From: Eledone cirrhosa
Taxonomy: Eukaryota
Assembly (NCBI GenBank): GCA_964016885.1
Contig: OZ024742.1
Location: forward strand, 274,536,001-274,600,000
DNA length: 64,000 bases
Reading direction: 5' to 3'
The translations under genes were made by a program, and so were the position numbers. Positions within the stretch are counted from its first letter, which is position 1, and the number at the start of each line of letters is the position of its first letter. Positions 26,445 through 37,897 of the stretch are shown here, in pieces. Under the pieces are notes generated by a model that saw nothing but the letters and a program-made list of their open reading frames with translations, made no database searches and had not been told where the DNA came from.

Positions 26445-27952
26445 CTTTGAGTCTCAGTCATTGATGTTATTTAACTGGAAAGTTTGTTGAAATGAATATC
26501 AAGACACTACCTGCGGCCTCAGATATTCAGGACGTATCGGAGTGTTCTTGCTGTTCCCAGCAAGCATGCCTTTTGAAGTGTTCCAAAAAGCGGGACTGGA
26601 CTAATCCTCTTTAACCATCCTTGGAAACTCTTTGAGATAGTACCTAGTGCCCCTGTCACAATCGGGACGACCTTGACTTCATGGCAGTCCAAATCCTTTT
26701 TACCACCCACTTTAAGTCCTGGTATCGGTTAATTTTCTTCCTCTCTTTTTCTTGCACTCTCGTGTCAAATGGGCAGGCCACATCCACAATCAGTCACGAT
26801 TCTTTTTCCTTGCCCCAAAACACCAGGTCAGGCCTATTGTGTTCTAAGTTCTTGTCCGTCTGTATCCTAAAATCCCATAGCATATTCACCTGATCGTTTT
26901 CTATCACCGACTCTGGCTTATGATCATACCACTTCTCAGAATGTGGTAAATTGTTTACTTTGCATAGGTGCCAGTGGATCACCCTGCCTATCACATCATG
27001 TCTCCAGCCTGTATAGTGAGTCTGGGCTAGGTGTCTACACTCGGATACAATGTGAGCCACAGCCTCCTCTCTCTCTCCACAGATCCTACACAATGGCTTT
27101 GTAAATATGGTGTTTCAGCCACTGCGTTCTGAGGGCCTGCTCCTGCGCAGCCATTAGCATTCCCTCTGTAGCCTTTTTAAGGTCTCCTCTTTTTAACCAG
27201 TTCCATGTCTGTTGATCTCTAAATTCAGTTTTCTTAAAGAAGGTACTATGAAGGGATCTTTCATGAAGGTTGCTCTTCCGACTTGTTGTTATTTCCTCCT
27301 TGGACATCCTCTGGTCTATTGTCTTCTCCTTCAGTACAATTTTGAGCATTGGCTCCCTATTATCAGTCACGTATTTATGCAGGTTGTTTTTCTCCATCTG
27401 AACATAGTCCTCTATGCTGATAAGACCTCTTCCACCTTCAGATCTCCTTAAGTAGAGTCTATCGACATCACACCTCTTGTGGAACATGTTGTAGATAGTC
27501 AATAGCTTCCTAGTCTTCCTATACATTTTTCTTTGTTCAGCAACATTCCATTTCGGAATTCCCGCACTGTACCTAATAATAGACACAGCTCGGGAATGTA
27601 CTGCACTTATGACATTCCTACTATTTAGATATGATTTTAATACGCTCCATACTCTCCTAATGTACTCAGATCTTATTAATTCCTTCATTTTTTTGTTCTT
27701 GATGTCATCTGCCTCCAGAACACCTAAATATTTGTATTCTTCTTCAGTGTCAATTTCCTTTATCAACTCACCTGTTGGTACCTGGATTCCGTTGCTTCTT
27801 CTCAATTTACCCCTCTTCATCACTAGGACTCCAAACTTATTAATACCAAATTGCATACATATATCATTGCTGAAAATACGGACAGTGTCAACAAGCACAT
27901 CCAAATCCTTCTCACTCTTCCCAAAGAGTTTAAGAACGTCCATGAAAAGGAG
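26445..27952 (-). mobile_element. R4/Dong-like family D2 copy a, 5'-truncated at the RT DD motif
   Basis: ORFs 27086-27976, 26794-27093 (CRICGEREE..HIVSEC, RHD, NRPDL) and 26519-26710; flanked by (TTA)n on both sides. Confidence 0.92.
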
Positions 27953-27971
27953 TATTATTATTATTATTATT
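27953..27971. repeat. (TTA)n microsatellite junction
   Basis: Run between the D2a 5' truncation and the D1a 3' end. Confidence 0.9.
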
Positions 27972-30966
27972 TGCATTTATCTTGCTTTATGTTTATACGA
28001 GTTATCACCAAGTCACAACCAGTGACCTCAAGAGACAACAAGGTCCGCCATGTTCAAGAAAGAACATACATATTCACACATGCATCCTTAGTGTTTAGAC
28101 TTGTGATGTACTTATATTGACAGGATCTTCCTTAGTATATGGGCAGTTCCCATTAGTACTATCTTTTGTATTTCTCCTATACGCGGGTTTCCTGGGATTT
28201 GCGATAAGTAGTCGTTAGACCCCTTAGGTATCATTCCCAGAGCGCTTACAACCACTGGTATTGTTTTAGTTCTCAATTTCCACATTTTTCCAATTTCTAT
28301 CTCCAGGTCCTTATACTTGCTCAATTTTTCAAATGTTTTTATAGATACATTCTTGTCTATTGGAACAGACATATCAATTAGCAGGCATACCCTCCTTTGA
28401 AAGTCCTTCAATATTATATCAGGTCTATTTGCATCTATTTTTCGGTCTGTTTGGATGCTAAAGTTCCACAAGATTGAGATGTGATCTTTTTCAAGTATGG
28501 GAGGTGGTTGATGTTCCCACCAATTCTTTTGATGGGGCAGGTCAAAATGCTTACACATTATCCAATGTATGTATTGTGCAGCTCTGTCATGCCTGTTTAG
28601 GTATTCGGTTGGAGCTATAGGACTGCACATTGAAATTATATGGTCAATGGTCTCTGGTTGTTTTTTGCATACACGGCATAATGGGCTGCACCCATTTTTT
28701 ATTATGTTGGCTTGGTAATTTTTTGTTGGCAGACACTGATCTTGTGCGGATATAATCAGTCCTTCAGTCTCCGATTTCAGTCCAGAGGATGCCAACCACT
28801 GATGGGTTAAAGTTTTGTCAACATCAGGATTGTTAGCTCGCTCTGGGTATTTTCCATACAGAGGCTTTTCTTGCCATTTCTTAGCCAGTTTCTGTAGCAG
28901 TTCTTTCTTTGCAGTTACTTTTACCTGCTTTGCTTTTTCTGTGTTTTCCATTTCAGCAGTAAATGGGACTTCTGAAATTTGTAGTCCATTACTGTATCTT
29001 TGTGCATCTTTTGTAATGGAATATGATCTTTTGGTGCTTTCGTGTTTCAAAACGAGTTTGATCATCCAATCATGTGATTCCCTTAGATATGTGGATAATC
29101 CAATTGTTGCAGTTTTCAACGCAATGTCTAACTGGATTAACCCACGTCCTCCTTCTTTCCTAGGGAGATATATTCTATCTATGTCTGCCTTAGGGTGATG
29201 CATTCTGTGCAAGGTTAAGAATTTTCGGATTTTTGTATCGAGCCTACGGATCTCTGTGCTTGACCAGTTGATGACATTGTAACTGTAGGTTACTACTGGT
29301 ATGGCAAGCGTGTTTATGGCATCGATCCTATTCCTTGCATTTAATTCCGTTCTTAAGATTGCTCTGACTCTGCGGTAACATTCCTTCCTTATCCTTTCCC
29401 TCATTGTCGAGTGCTTGATTCCGTCTCCTTCACAAACACCTAGATATTTGTAAGTTTGTTCTTGATCAAGCTCTCTTATCACGTTCCCCCGATCAAGATT
29501 AATGTCTGAACTCTTCAGCAGCTTTCCTCTGGTGAAAGTTGCTTTGGCGCATTTATCCAGTCCAAACTCCATTTTAATGTCATCACTGAACTGCTTCACA
29601 GTGGATAATAGCCCTTGCAATTGTTCATCATATTTTGCAAATAGTTTCAGGTCATCCATGTAGAACAGGTGATTAATGGTTTTGTCATAGACTCTATATC
29701 CATGTTTTGTTTCATTGAACATTTTACTTAATGGTATAAGTGCGATGCAGAATAAAAGCGGTGATAAAGAGTCACCCTGAAAAATTCCACAATTAATGTT
29801 AACTTCTCCAGCTTCCAGTGATTTTGTTTCACTATTCAAAAGGAGTGTCGTTCTCCATATCCTCATACTGAATGACAAAAACCTCCTGACAACGGGGGAT
29901 ATTTTGAAAATCTCTAAACATTTTTCAATCCAACTGTGTGGCAAACTATCAAATGCTTTTTTATAATCTATCCAAGCAATCGATAGATTTTTGTGTCTAT
30001 TATGACAATCTTCCAGTATCATTTTGTTAACCAGAAGCTGATCCTTACAGCCATATGAGCCTCGTTTACACCCTTTCTGCTCAATGGGAAATAGGTCATT
30101 TGTTATCAGGTGGTCATATGTGTATTCAGTTAGGACTGATGTTAAAATTTTATACATTGTGGTCAAGCAGGTTATCGGTCTGTAATTTTTGGGATTGTTT
30201 GTCTCATCATTCTTCGGTAGCAGGAATGTAATGCCGTTAACTAGCCATGATGGTATCTTTTCTGGCTCCTTAACTATTTCATTGTAAAGTTGGGCTAACA
30301 GCTCATGAGACTCTGTGAAGGCATTTATCCAAAAGTTTTGTATTTTGTCTTTTCCTGGGGATTTCCATTTGCTGGTTTTTCTTAGAGCCAAGCGCAGCTG
30401 TTCAACTGTTATATTTTCCCATGTTTGTTCTTCAAGGTGAGCTGTTTCTTTCATTTGTCTGTCTATCCATGGGGCATGTATGTTATGAACTTTTTCTTCG
30501 GCCCAGATCTTTTCCCAGAATTCTTGCACTTCCTCCTTGGGTGGTATTAATTTAGCAGTTATTGTTGACTTACCAATTTTTCTGTAGAAGTTTCTTTGGT
30601 TGTTTTTGAACATATTATTATCCTTATAGAATCTAGATCGTTTTTCAAAGCGCCTTATACGAGCAGCTTTGGCCGACACTTTTTGCTTGATTGTTTCTAT
30701 CAGCATATCTATGTCACATGTTGATCTTATACTGTACTTTTTTTTCAATTTTCTAAGTTTAGTTTGTTTAACATGTTCACCTACTTTATAGTTTGTTAAA
30801 ATTTCTATGTCAGATCGGAGAAGGTTTATTTGGCGATTGATGTTATCTTGCCAAGTAGATTTCTTGTGGGAATTCCTTTGTTTTTTCATCTTCACTCCAC
30901 ATAAGTGAGTGGTGACTTTAGCCGATGCATAATAGAGATGATTTAAGTCAGTAATGTTTATTTTGT
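27972..30966 (-). mobile_element. R4/Dong-like family D1 copy a, 5'-truncated, young
   Basis: Uninterrupted ORF plus ~140-bp 3' UTR nearly identical to that of D1b; (TAA)n on both flanks. Confidence 0.95.
28112..30966 (-). CDS. R4/Dong-type RT + CCHC + restriction-like endonuclease, N-terminally truncated but open
   Basis: WKSPGKD, YRPITCL, EQKGCK, DYKKAFDS, GIFQGDSLSPLLF, FYMDDLKLF, GGRGL, CRVC..ETIDHIISMC, RHD, RPDII..LIDMSVP..EKLSKYKDL; lacks native start. Confidence 0.9.
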
Positions 30967-31007
30967 TTATTATTATTATTATTATTATTATTATTGTTAT
31001 TGTTATT
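30967..31007. repeat. (TTA)n microsatellite junction
   Basis: Run between the D1a 5' truncation and the D2b 3' end. Confidence 0.9.
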
Positions 31008-32805
31008 CCTTGAATCTCAGTCATTGATGTTGGTTAACTGGAAAGTCCGTTGGATTGAATATCAAGCCACTACCTGCAGCCTCAGATATTCAGGACGTAT
31101 CGGAGGGTTCTTGCCGTTCCAAGCAAGCATGCCTTTTGAAGCGTTCCAAAAAGCGTGAAGAGGCCGATTTTCTTTAACCATCCCTGGAAACCTTTGGAGA
31201 TAGTCCCCAGTGCGCCTATGACAATCGGGATCACTTTGACTTCATGGCAGTTCCAAATCCTTTTCACCTCCCACTTTAGGTCCTGGTATCGGTTAATTTT
31301 CTCCCTCTCCTTCTCTTGCACTCTCGTGTCGAACGGGCAGGCCACATCCACAATCAGGCACGATCTTTTTTCTTTGTCCACAACCACCAGGTCAGGTCTA
31401 TTGTGTTCCAGTTTTTTGTCCGTCTGTATCCTAAAATCCCACAGCACCTTCACCTGACTGTTCTCCATCACCGCCTCTGGCCTATGCTCATACCATTTCT
31501 CAGAATGTGGTAGATTGTTTACTTTGCACAGGTGCCAGTGGATCACCCTGCCCATCACATCGTGTCTCCAGCCCTTATAGTGGGTCTGGGCTAGGTGTTT
31601 ACACTCGGACACAATGTGAGCCACAGTCTCCTCTCTCTCTCCACAGATCCTGCACAGTGGGCTAGCCTCCTCCTTGTAGATATGGTGCTTCAACCACTTC
31701 GCTTTGAAGGCCTGCTCCTGCGCAGCCATTAGCATTCCTTCTGTAGCCTTTTTGAGGTCTCCTCTTCTCAACCAGTTCCATGTCTGTGGATCTCTAAATT
31801 CAGTTTTCTCAAAGAAGGTACTATGAAGGGATTTTCCCTTAAGGCTGCTCTTCCTCCTTGATGTTATTTCCTCCTTGGGTATCCCCTGGCCTACTGTCCC
31901 CTCCTTCAGTACAGCTCTGAGCATTGGCTCCTTACTATAGGTCACGTATTTGTATAGGTTGTTTTTCTCCATCTGAACACAGTCCTCTATGCTGATAAGA
32001 CTTCTTCCACCCTCAGATCTCCTTAGGTAGAGTCTATCGACATCACTCCTCTTGTGGAACATGTTGTAGATAGTCAATAGCTTCCTAGTCTTCCTATCCA
32101 TTTCTTTTTGTTCAGCAACATTCCATCTCAGAATTCCCGCACTGTACCTAATAATAGACACAGCTCGGGAATTTACTGCGCTTATGGCATTTCTGCTGTT
32201 CAGATGTGACTTCAATACGCTCCTTACTCTCCGAATGTATTCAGTTCTTAACAATTCCTTCATTTTTTTGTTCTTTATGCCATCAGCCTCCAGAACGCCC
32301 AAATACTTGTATCCTTCCTCAGAGTCAATTTCCTTTATCATCTCACCTGTTGGTATCTGGATCCCGTTACTTCTGCTCAACCTACCCCTCCTCATCACAA
32401 TGACTCCACATTTACCAATACCAAACTGCATACATATATCACTGCTGAAAATACGGACAGTGTCAACAAGCACATCCAACTCCTTCTCACTTTTCCCGAA
32501 GAGCTTAAGATCGTCCATGAAGAGGAGGTGATTGATGGTAAGCTCTCCCCTTCCCAACTTGTATCCTGCTCTCACTTTTCGCAGCATAATGGTCAAGGGC
32601 ATCAGGGCAAGGACAAACAACAGAGGGGACAGGCTATCTCCCTGGAAGATACCTCTCTTGATCTTCACGCTTCCCAAGGATACTCCAGTTGATGTCAACT
32701 CTGTCTCCCAGGACCCCATACTCCTGCCCAGCAACTGTCTGATGTTATCTGCCACCCTGAAGATCTCCAGGCTTTTGGTGATCCAGGAATGAGGCACCAT
32801 GTCAA
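31008..32805 (-). mobile_element. R4/Dong-like family D2 copy b, 5'-truncated, remaining ORF open
   Basis: ORF 31082-32800: GIFQGDSLSPLLF, LFMDDLKLF, CRICGEREETVAHIVSEC, RHD, NRPDL..IVDVACP..EKINRYQDL. Confidence 0.95.

Positions 32806-32861
<56 letters not shown>
32806..32861. repeat. (ATT)n microsatellite
   Basis: Perfect run. Confidence 0.95.
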
Positions 32862-32862
<1 letters not shown>

Positions 32863-32863
32863 A

Positions 32864-33048
32864 GGGCGGTGGATTGGCAGTATCGGTAGAGGGTCGGATG
32901 CCATGCTTTCCAGCATAGTTACGTCCCTTTACGATCTGAGTTCAAATCCCGCCGAGGTTGACTTTGCCTTTCATCCTTCCGGGGTCGATAGAATAAAGTA
33001 CCTGTAATGCACTGGGTAATTGCTGGCCTTGTGCCAAAAGTAGAAACA
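32864..33048 (+). mobile_element. tRNA-derived SINE copy S1 with (ATT)n tail (33049-33069)
   Basis: A-box-like TGGCAGTATCGG, B-box GAGTTCAAATCC, central GCCTTTCATCCTTCCGGGGTCGATA; second copy at 36864. Confidence 0.88.
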
Positions 33049-36000
33049 ATTATTATTATTATTATTATTGTGCTTTGTGTCTCAGTCATTGATGTTAGTT
33101 AACTGGAAAGTTTGTTGAAATGAATATCAAGCCGCTACCTGCGGCCTCAGATATTCAGGACGTATCGGAGTGTTCTTGCTGTTCCCAGCAAGCATGCATT
33201 TTGAAGTGTTCCAAAAAGCGGGTCTGGACAGACTTTCTTTTACCATCCTTGGAAACTCTTTGAGATAGTACCTAGTGCGCCTATGACAATCGGGACGACT
33301 CTGACTTCATGGCAGTTCCAAATCGTTTTTACCTCCCACTTTAAGTCCTGGTATCGATTAATTTTCTTCCGCTCCTTTTCTTGCACTCTCGTGTCAAATG
33401 GGCCGGCTACATCTACAATCAGGCACGATCTTTTTTCCTTGTCCAAAACCACCAGGTCAGGCCTATTGTGTTCCAGTTTCTTGTCCTCCTGTATCCTAAA
33501 ATCCCACAGCACCTTCACCTGATCGTTTTCTATCACTGACTCTGGCTTATGCTCATACCACTTCTCAGAATCTGGTAAATTGTTTACTTTGCATAGGTGC
33601 CAGTGGATCACCCTGCCCATCATATTATGTCTCCAGCCTTTATAGTGAGTCTGGGCTAGGTGTTTACACTCGGATACAATGTGAGCCACAGCCTCCTCTC
33701 TCTCTCCACAGATCCTACACAGTGGGATAGCCTCCTCCTTGCAAATATGGCGTTTCACCCACTTCGTTTTGAGTGTCTGCCTGCTCTTGCGCAGCCATTA
33801 GAATTCCTTCTGTAGCCTTTTTAAGGTCTCCTCTTTTTAACCAGTTCCATGTCTGTGGATCTCTAAATTCAATGTTCTCAAAGAAGTTACTATGAAGCGA
33901 TTTTTCATGAAGGTTGGTCTTCCTCCTTAATGTTATTTCCTCCTTGGACATCCCCTGGTCTATTGTCTTCTCCTTCAGTACAATTCTGAGCATTGGCTCC
34001 CTACTGTCGGTAACGTATTTGTGCAGGGGTTTTTTCTCCATCTGAACACAGTCCTCCATGCTGATAAGACCTATTCCACCTTCAGATGTCTTTAAGTATT
34101 TTTTTGTTCTTGATGTCATCTGCCTCCAGAACACCAAAATACTTGTATCCTTCTTCAGTGTCAATTTCCTTTATCATCTCACCTGTTGGTATCTGGATTC
34201 TGTTGCTTCTGCTCAATTTACCCCTCTTCATCTCTAGGACTCCACACTTATTATACCAAATTGCATACATATATCACTGCTGAAAATACGGACAGTGTCA
34301 ATAAGTACATCCAACTCCTTCTCACTCTTCCCAAATAGTTTAAGATCGTCAATGAAGAGGAGGTGGTTGATGGTAAGCTCTCCTTTTCCCAACTTGTATC
34401 CTACTCTCACTTTTCGCAGTAAATGGTCAGGGGTATCAGGGCAAGGACAAACAACAGAGGGGACAGACTATCTCCCTGGCAGATACCTCTCTTGATCTTT
34501 ACGCCTCCCAAAGATTCTCCACCTGATGATAATTCTGTTTCCCAGGACCTCATACATTTGCTCAACAACTGTCTGATGTTATCTGCCACCTTGAAGATCT
34601 CTAGGCTTTTGGTTATTCAAGAATGAAGAACCCTGTCTAAATTTGTTTGTATTCTATCCATCCCATGGCAAGACCAGTGTGTCTCCTCTCGCAATTCCTC
34701 ATTACCATCTTATCAATAAGTAGCTGGTCTTTTGTACCACGGGACTTCTTTCGGCATCCTTTCTGTTCGTCCGGTAACAAGTTGTTTGTGTGGAGGTGAT
34801 GGTAGACATCCTCAGACACAATGCTTGTTAACAGTTTCCACATTACGGACAGACATGTGATAGGTCTATAGTTGGTAACATCATTACCCTTGATTCGGTC
34901 TTTCATTACCAGAACTGTGCTACCTTTTGTCAACTACTCTGGTACCTCACCTGACATCAAGAAGTCATTGAACATGGTTGTCAGTTTCGGGTGGAGGCAT
35001 GCTATACTTTTAACCGAATACCCCTGCACAGCATCTGGGCCTGGTGATTTCCAGTTGGTTAGCTTTTTGTCCTGCCCTTTAGGAGTTTCAACTGTGATAC
35101 TCAAATCAGTTTGTTGGTGTGCCTGTTCACTTATCTCCTTTTGTACTGTCTCAATCCACACTGACTTGTCATTATGTTTAACATTCTGCTCCATATTCCT
35201 CTCCAGAATGTTTTAGTTTGTTCCGCCTCAGGGATCAAGTCGTTGCCTCTTTCTTTCCCTTCAAGCTGTCCAAACAGCATCTTCTGGTTATTGTCAAACG
35301 GTTCTGTCTATACTGACTGACTCTACTCTCGTATCGCCCAATCTTTGCACTCTTTGCTACAATGCGTTGCTTCAGTTCCTCTATGATAATATTTAGCTTT
35401 TTCCTCCTAGTGTTGTACTTTATTTACAGTCTATTTTTAGTGTCTATGTTTTTTAGTGTCCCATTCAGTAGGGACTCAAGCTTTCCAATGTCATTTCTCA
35501 TTTCCCTGATTTGACCACTTAGTCGTTTCTTCCACCAAGGTTCTAATCTTTCTTGTTTGTCGTTTCCTCTCGCTTTTATGCCAAGTAATTTCCTCACCGC
35601 ATTTGCTGTTGCTTTGAGGATATTGTTGCACTGGTGAAGGCTCCTCGCCTCAAGGTATGGGATGACTTTGTTTACCTTAGCTGTTGTTTCTTTTAACTTT
35701 TTCCTGTCTACAAATCTTAGGTTCATAGGTCTCCCACTATCATAGTTCATTTCATCTGCCACTAAGTTTAGGATATCAACCAAATCGTGTCCTAGCCCGT
35801 CAGCATTCATTTCCTCAATGGCCTTATCTTTGTTCCAGGTATTATTTATTTTAGCATTCAGATCATTGTCTGCTTCGGATGCTTCCTCCGTCCTCTCAAC
35901 CTCTTCACCTTCAGTTCCCACTGGCTCGTTTGCCTGGCATACTCCACTCTCCATTTCCAACCTAATCTCTCTGCTCAGTTCCTCCAATTCCAGCTCACTT

Positions 36001-36749
36001 ATCCACCCATTAGTTCATATTACCCGAGCCTGCCCGGCCAATTTTTGTTCATCTAATTTGAATAGACCAATCTCGTTCCAGATGTTATGCATCCGTTTCC
36101 TATAGCCTTTTTCTTTGGGGTTACTCTTCAGGTAACATTACATAACAGTTCTATTCAATTCTTTCGTCCAGTTGGTTCTGGTCCCTTTCCTTCTTCTTCT
36201 TCCTCCAACACCAGCAGTATTTGGATGACAGCCAGGTCCCTGCTGCTGGGCCAGGGAGCATCTGCTGGGTGAGAGTCTGTCACATGACGTTCCAGTCTCC
36301 ACTTCACCGTTATTCGACCTGTTTTGGTTCGACATTTAAACACTCATATCGAGGATTAGTGAATGTCTGGTTACATAACTACCGGTGATATCATCACCCC
36401 CAGTGATTTCATCACCCCCAGTGATTTTAGCATGGCACCATCACGCTGTAGACGAACATAAATAAATAAACAAATAAATAGATAAAAACCTAAAAAAACA
36501 AAAATAAACAAGTTTCATTGTAATGTTTCAATGTCTGACTTAGTTTTTTTTGTTTGTTTGTTTTTTTCCTTTGCGTTTTTCGTTTTACAAGGCCACTAAC
36601 ATCGGTTACTAGTGTCGTTGTTGCTGCTGCTGCTAAGGCAAGTAGAGGTTGTTGTGTTCAAAACTTTTGAAATTTGTGTTTGTTGTTGCGTTTGCTTCTG
36701 ACTGTGTTCTGTTCTATAATTTTTCGACTTGTTGCTTATCATTATTTTT

Positions 36750-36832
36750 TTCTTTCATCCCTACGGGGCCGACACAACAAAGCACCTGCAACACACCTGG
36801 ACAATTGCTGGCTCCGTGCCAAGAGCAGAAAC
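36750..36832 (+). mobile_element. Decayed 3' half of the same SINE family (S0)
   Basis: CTTTCATCCCTACGGGGCCGA...AATTGCTGGCTCCGTGCCAAGAGCAGAAACAATTATT aligns to the S1 3' half. Confidence 0.7.
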
Positions 36833-36863
36833 AATTATTATTATTATATTATAGTTTAGACAA

Positions 36864-37052
36864 AGGGTGGTGAATTGGCAGTATCGGTAGAGGGTCGGAC
36901 GCCATGCTTTGACGCATAGAGTTACGGCCCTTGCCATTCTGAGTTCAAATCCCGTCGAGGTTAACTTTGCCTTTCATCCTAACGGGGGTCGATAAAAAAA
37001 GTACCAGTAATACACTAGGGTAATTGCTGGCATTGTGCCTATTGTAGAAACA
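36864..37052 (+). mobile_element. tRNA-derived SINE copy S2 with 18-bp target-site duplication
   Basis: Aligns end-to-end with S1; ATTATATTATAGTTTAGA at 36843-36860 and 37053-37070. Confidence 0.9.
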
Positions 37053-37897
37053 ATTATATTATAGTTTAGATTTGACATCGTTTAAACTAAACATTTTGAG
37101 AGAGTTTAGAGATACAACAACATAATTATTTTGGTGTTGTTGTTGTTAGCTGTTTGACCGAGTCACTAACCCAGTCTATTTATATGTTTTGATACCTTCC
37201 TCGCTTCTTTTCATGTGTAACGGCACCACCACCCCTCTCTTAAGTAGGGAGGGAAGAGTGGCGGTAGCGATGATGCAGTGGTGGCGGTGGTGATGGGACA
37301 GTATTACTATAGGGATAGTGCTGGTTTGTATTTGGCTAGATTTTTTGTGGTAGTGGTGATGGTGATGGTGATGGTGACGGCGGTGTTCGTTGTGGTGCTG
37401 GTGGTGAAGTTATTTGGCTGTTGTTTTCTAGACATTTTCTTTTCTGACTATAACATTTCTGGCACAAAATTAAATATTAAATTAAATATTAAATATTGGA
37501 GCCCTATGCTGTATGTTATGCGTTGCCACTTCCTGAGAGTTAAGACTGATATCTTTAGTTCCACTTGTAATAAGAATTATTCTATCACAATTGTTTTAAA
37601 TATGTAAAAGATCAAAGACTTACAGGAGCGAATCCATAACGCTCAATCCACCATGTGCGTATCTTATTATTATTATTATTATTGGCGACCTACGTAGTAA
37701 ATCGTATTATCGTGAGCTCCGCAAAGGTTTGTTATTTTCAGTTGTTTAAAATTGCCATTTATAGAAACTTTTTATTGTTAACTGTATATCAGTGCACATA
37801 CATTGTCATCTGAAAAGGACACCCAAAAAGATTGGAGCCTTGAGCCCAAAATTTAACTTTTATAATTATAAAAAAGAAATTTACCTTTGAAAAAATC

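Larger units (their letters stand above)
33070..37663 (-). mobile_element. R4/Dong-like family D2 copy c, full-length span but disrupted; SINEs inserted in the 5' UTR
   Basis: ORF fragments from 36335 (MSNQNR..WTKELN) down to ~33150; 37070-37663 is homologous to the 5' UTR of D1b; ends at (TTA)n 37664-37683. Confidence 0.85.

Noticed and set aside
30967-31024. N-terminus MTEIQGITITIIIII of the 970-aa ORF
   Set aside because: Chance read-through from the neighbouring D2b 3' UTR and the (TAA)n repeat; not the native start
32864-32960. Possible tRNA genes (also 36864 and 50020-50095)
   Set aside because: A/B boxes but no proper cloverleaf, followed by a SINE body and tail
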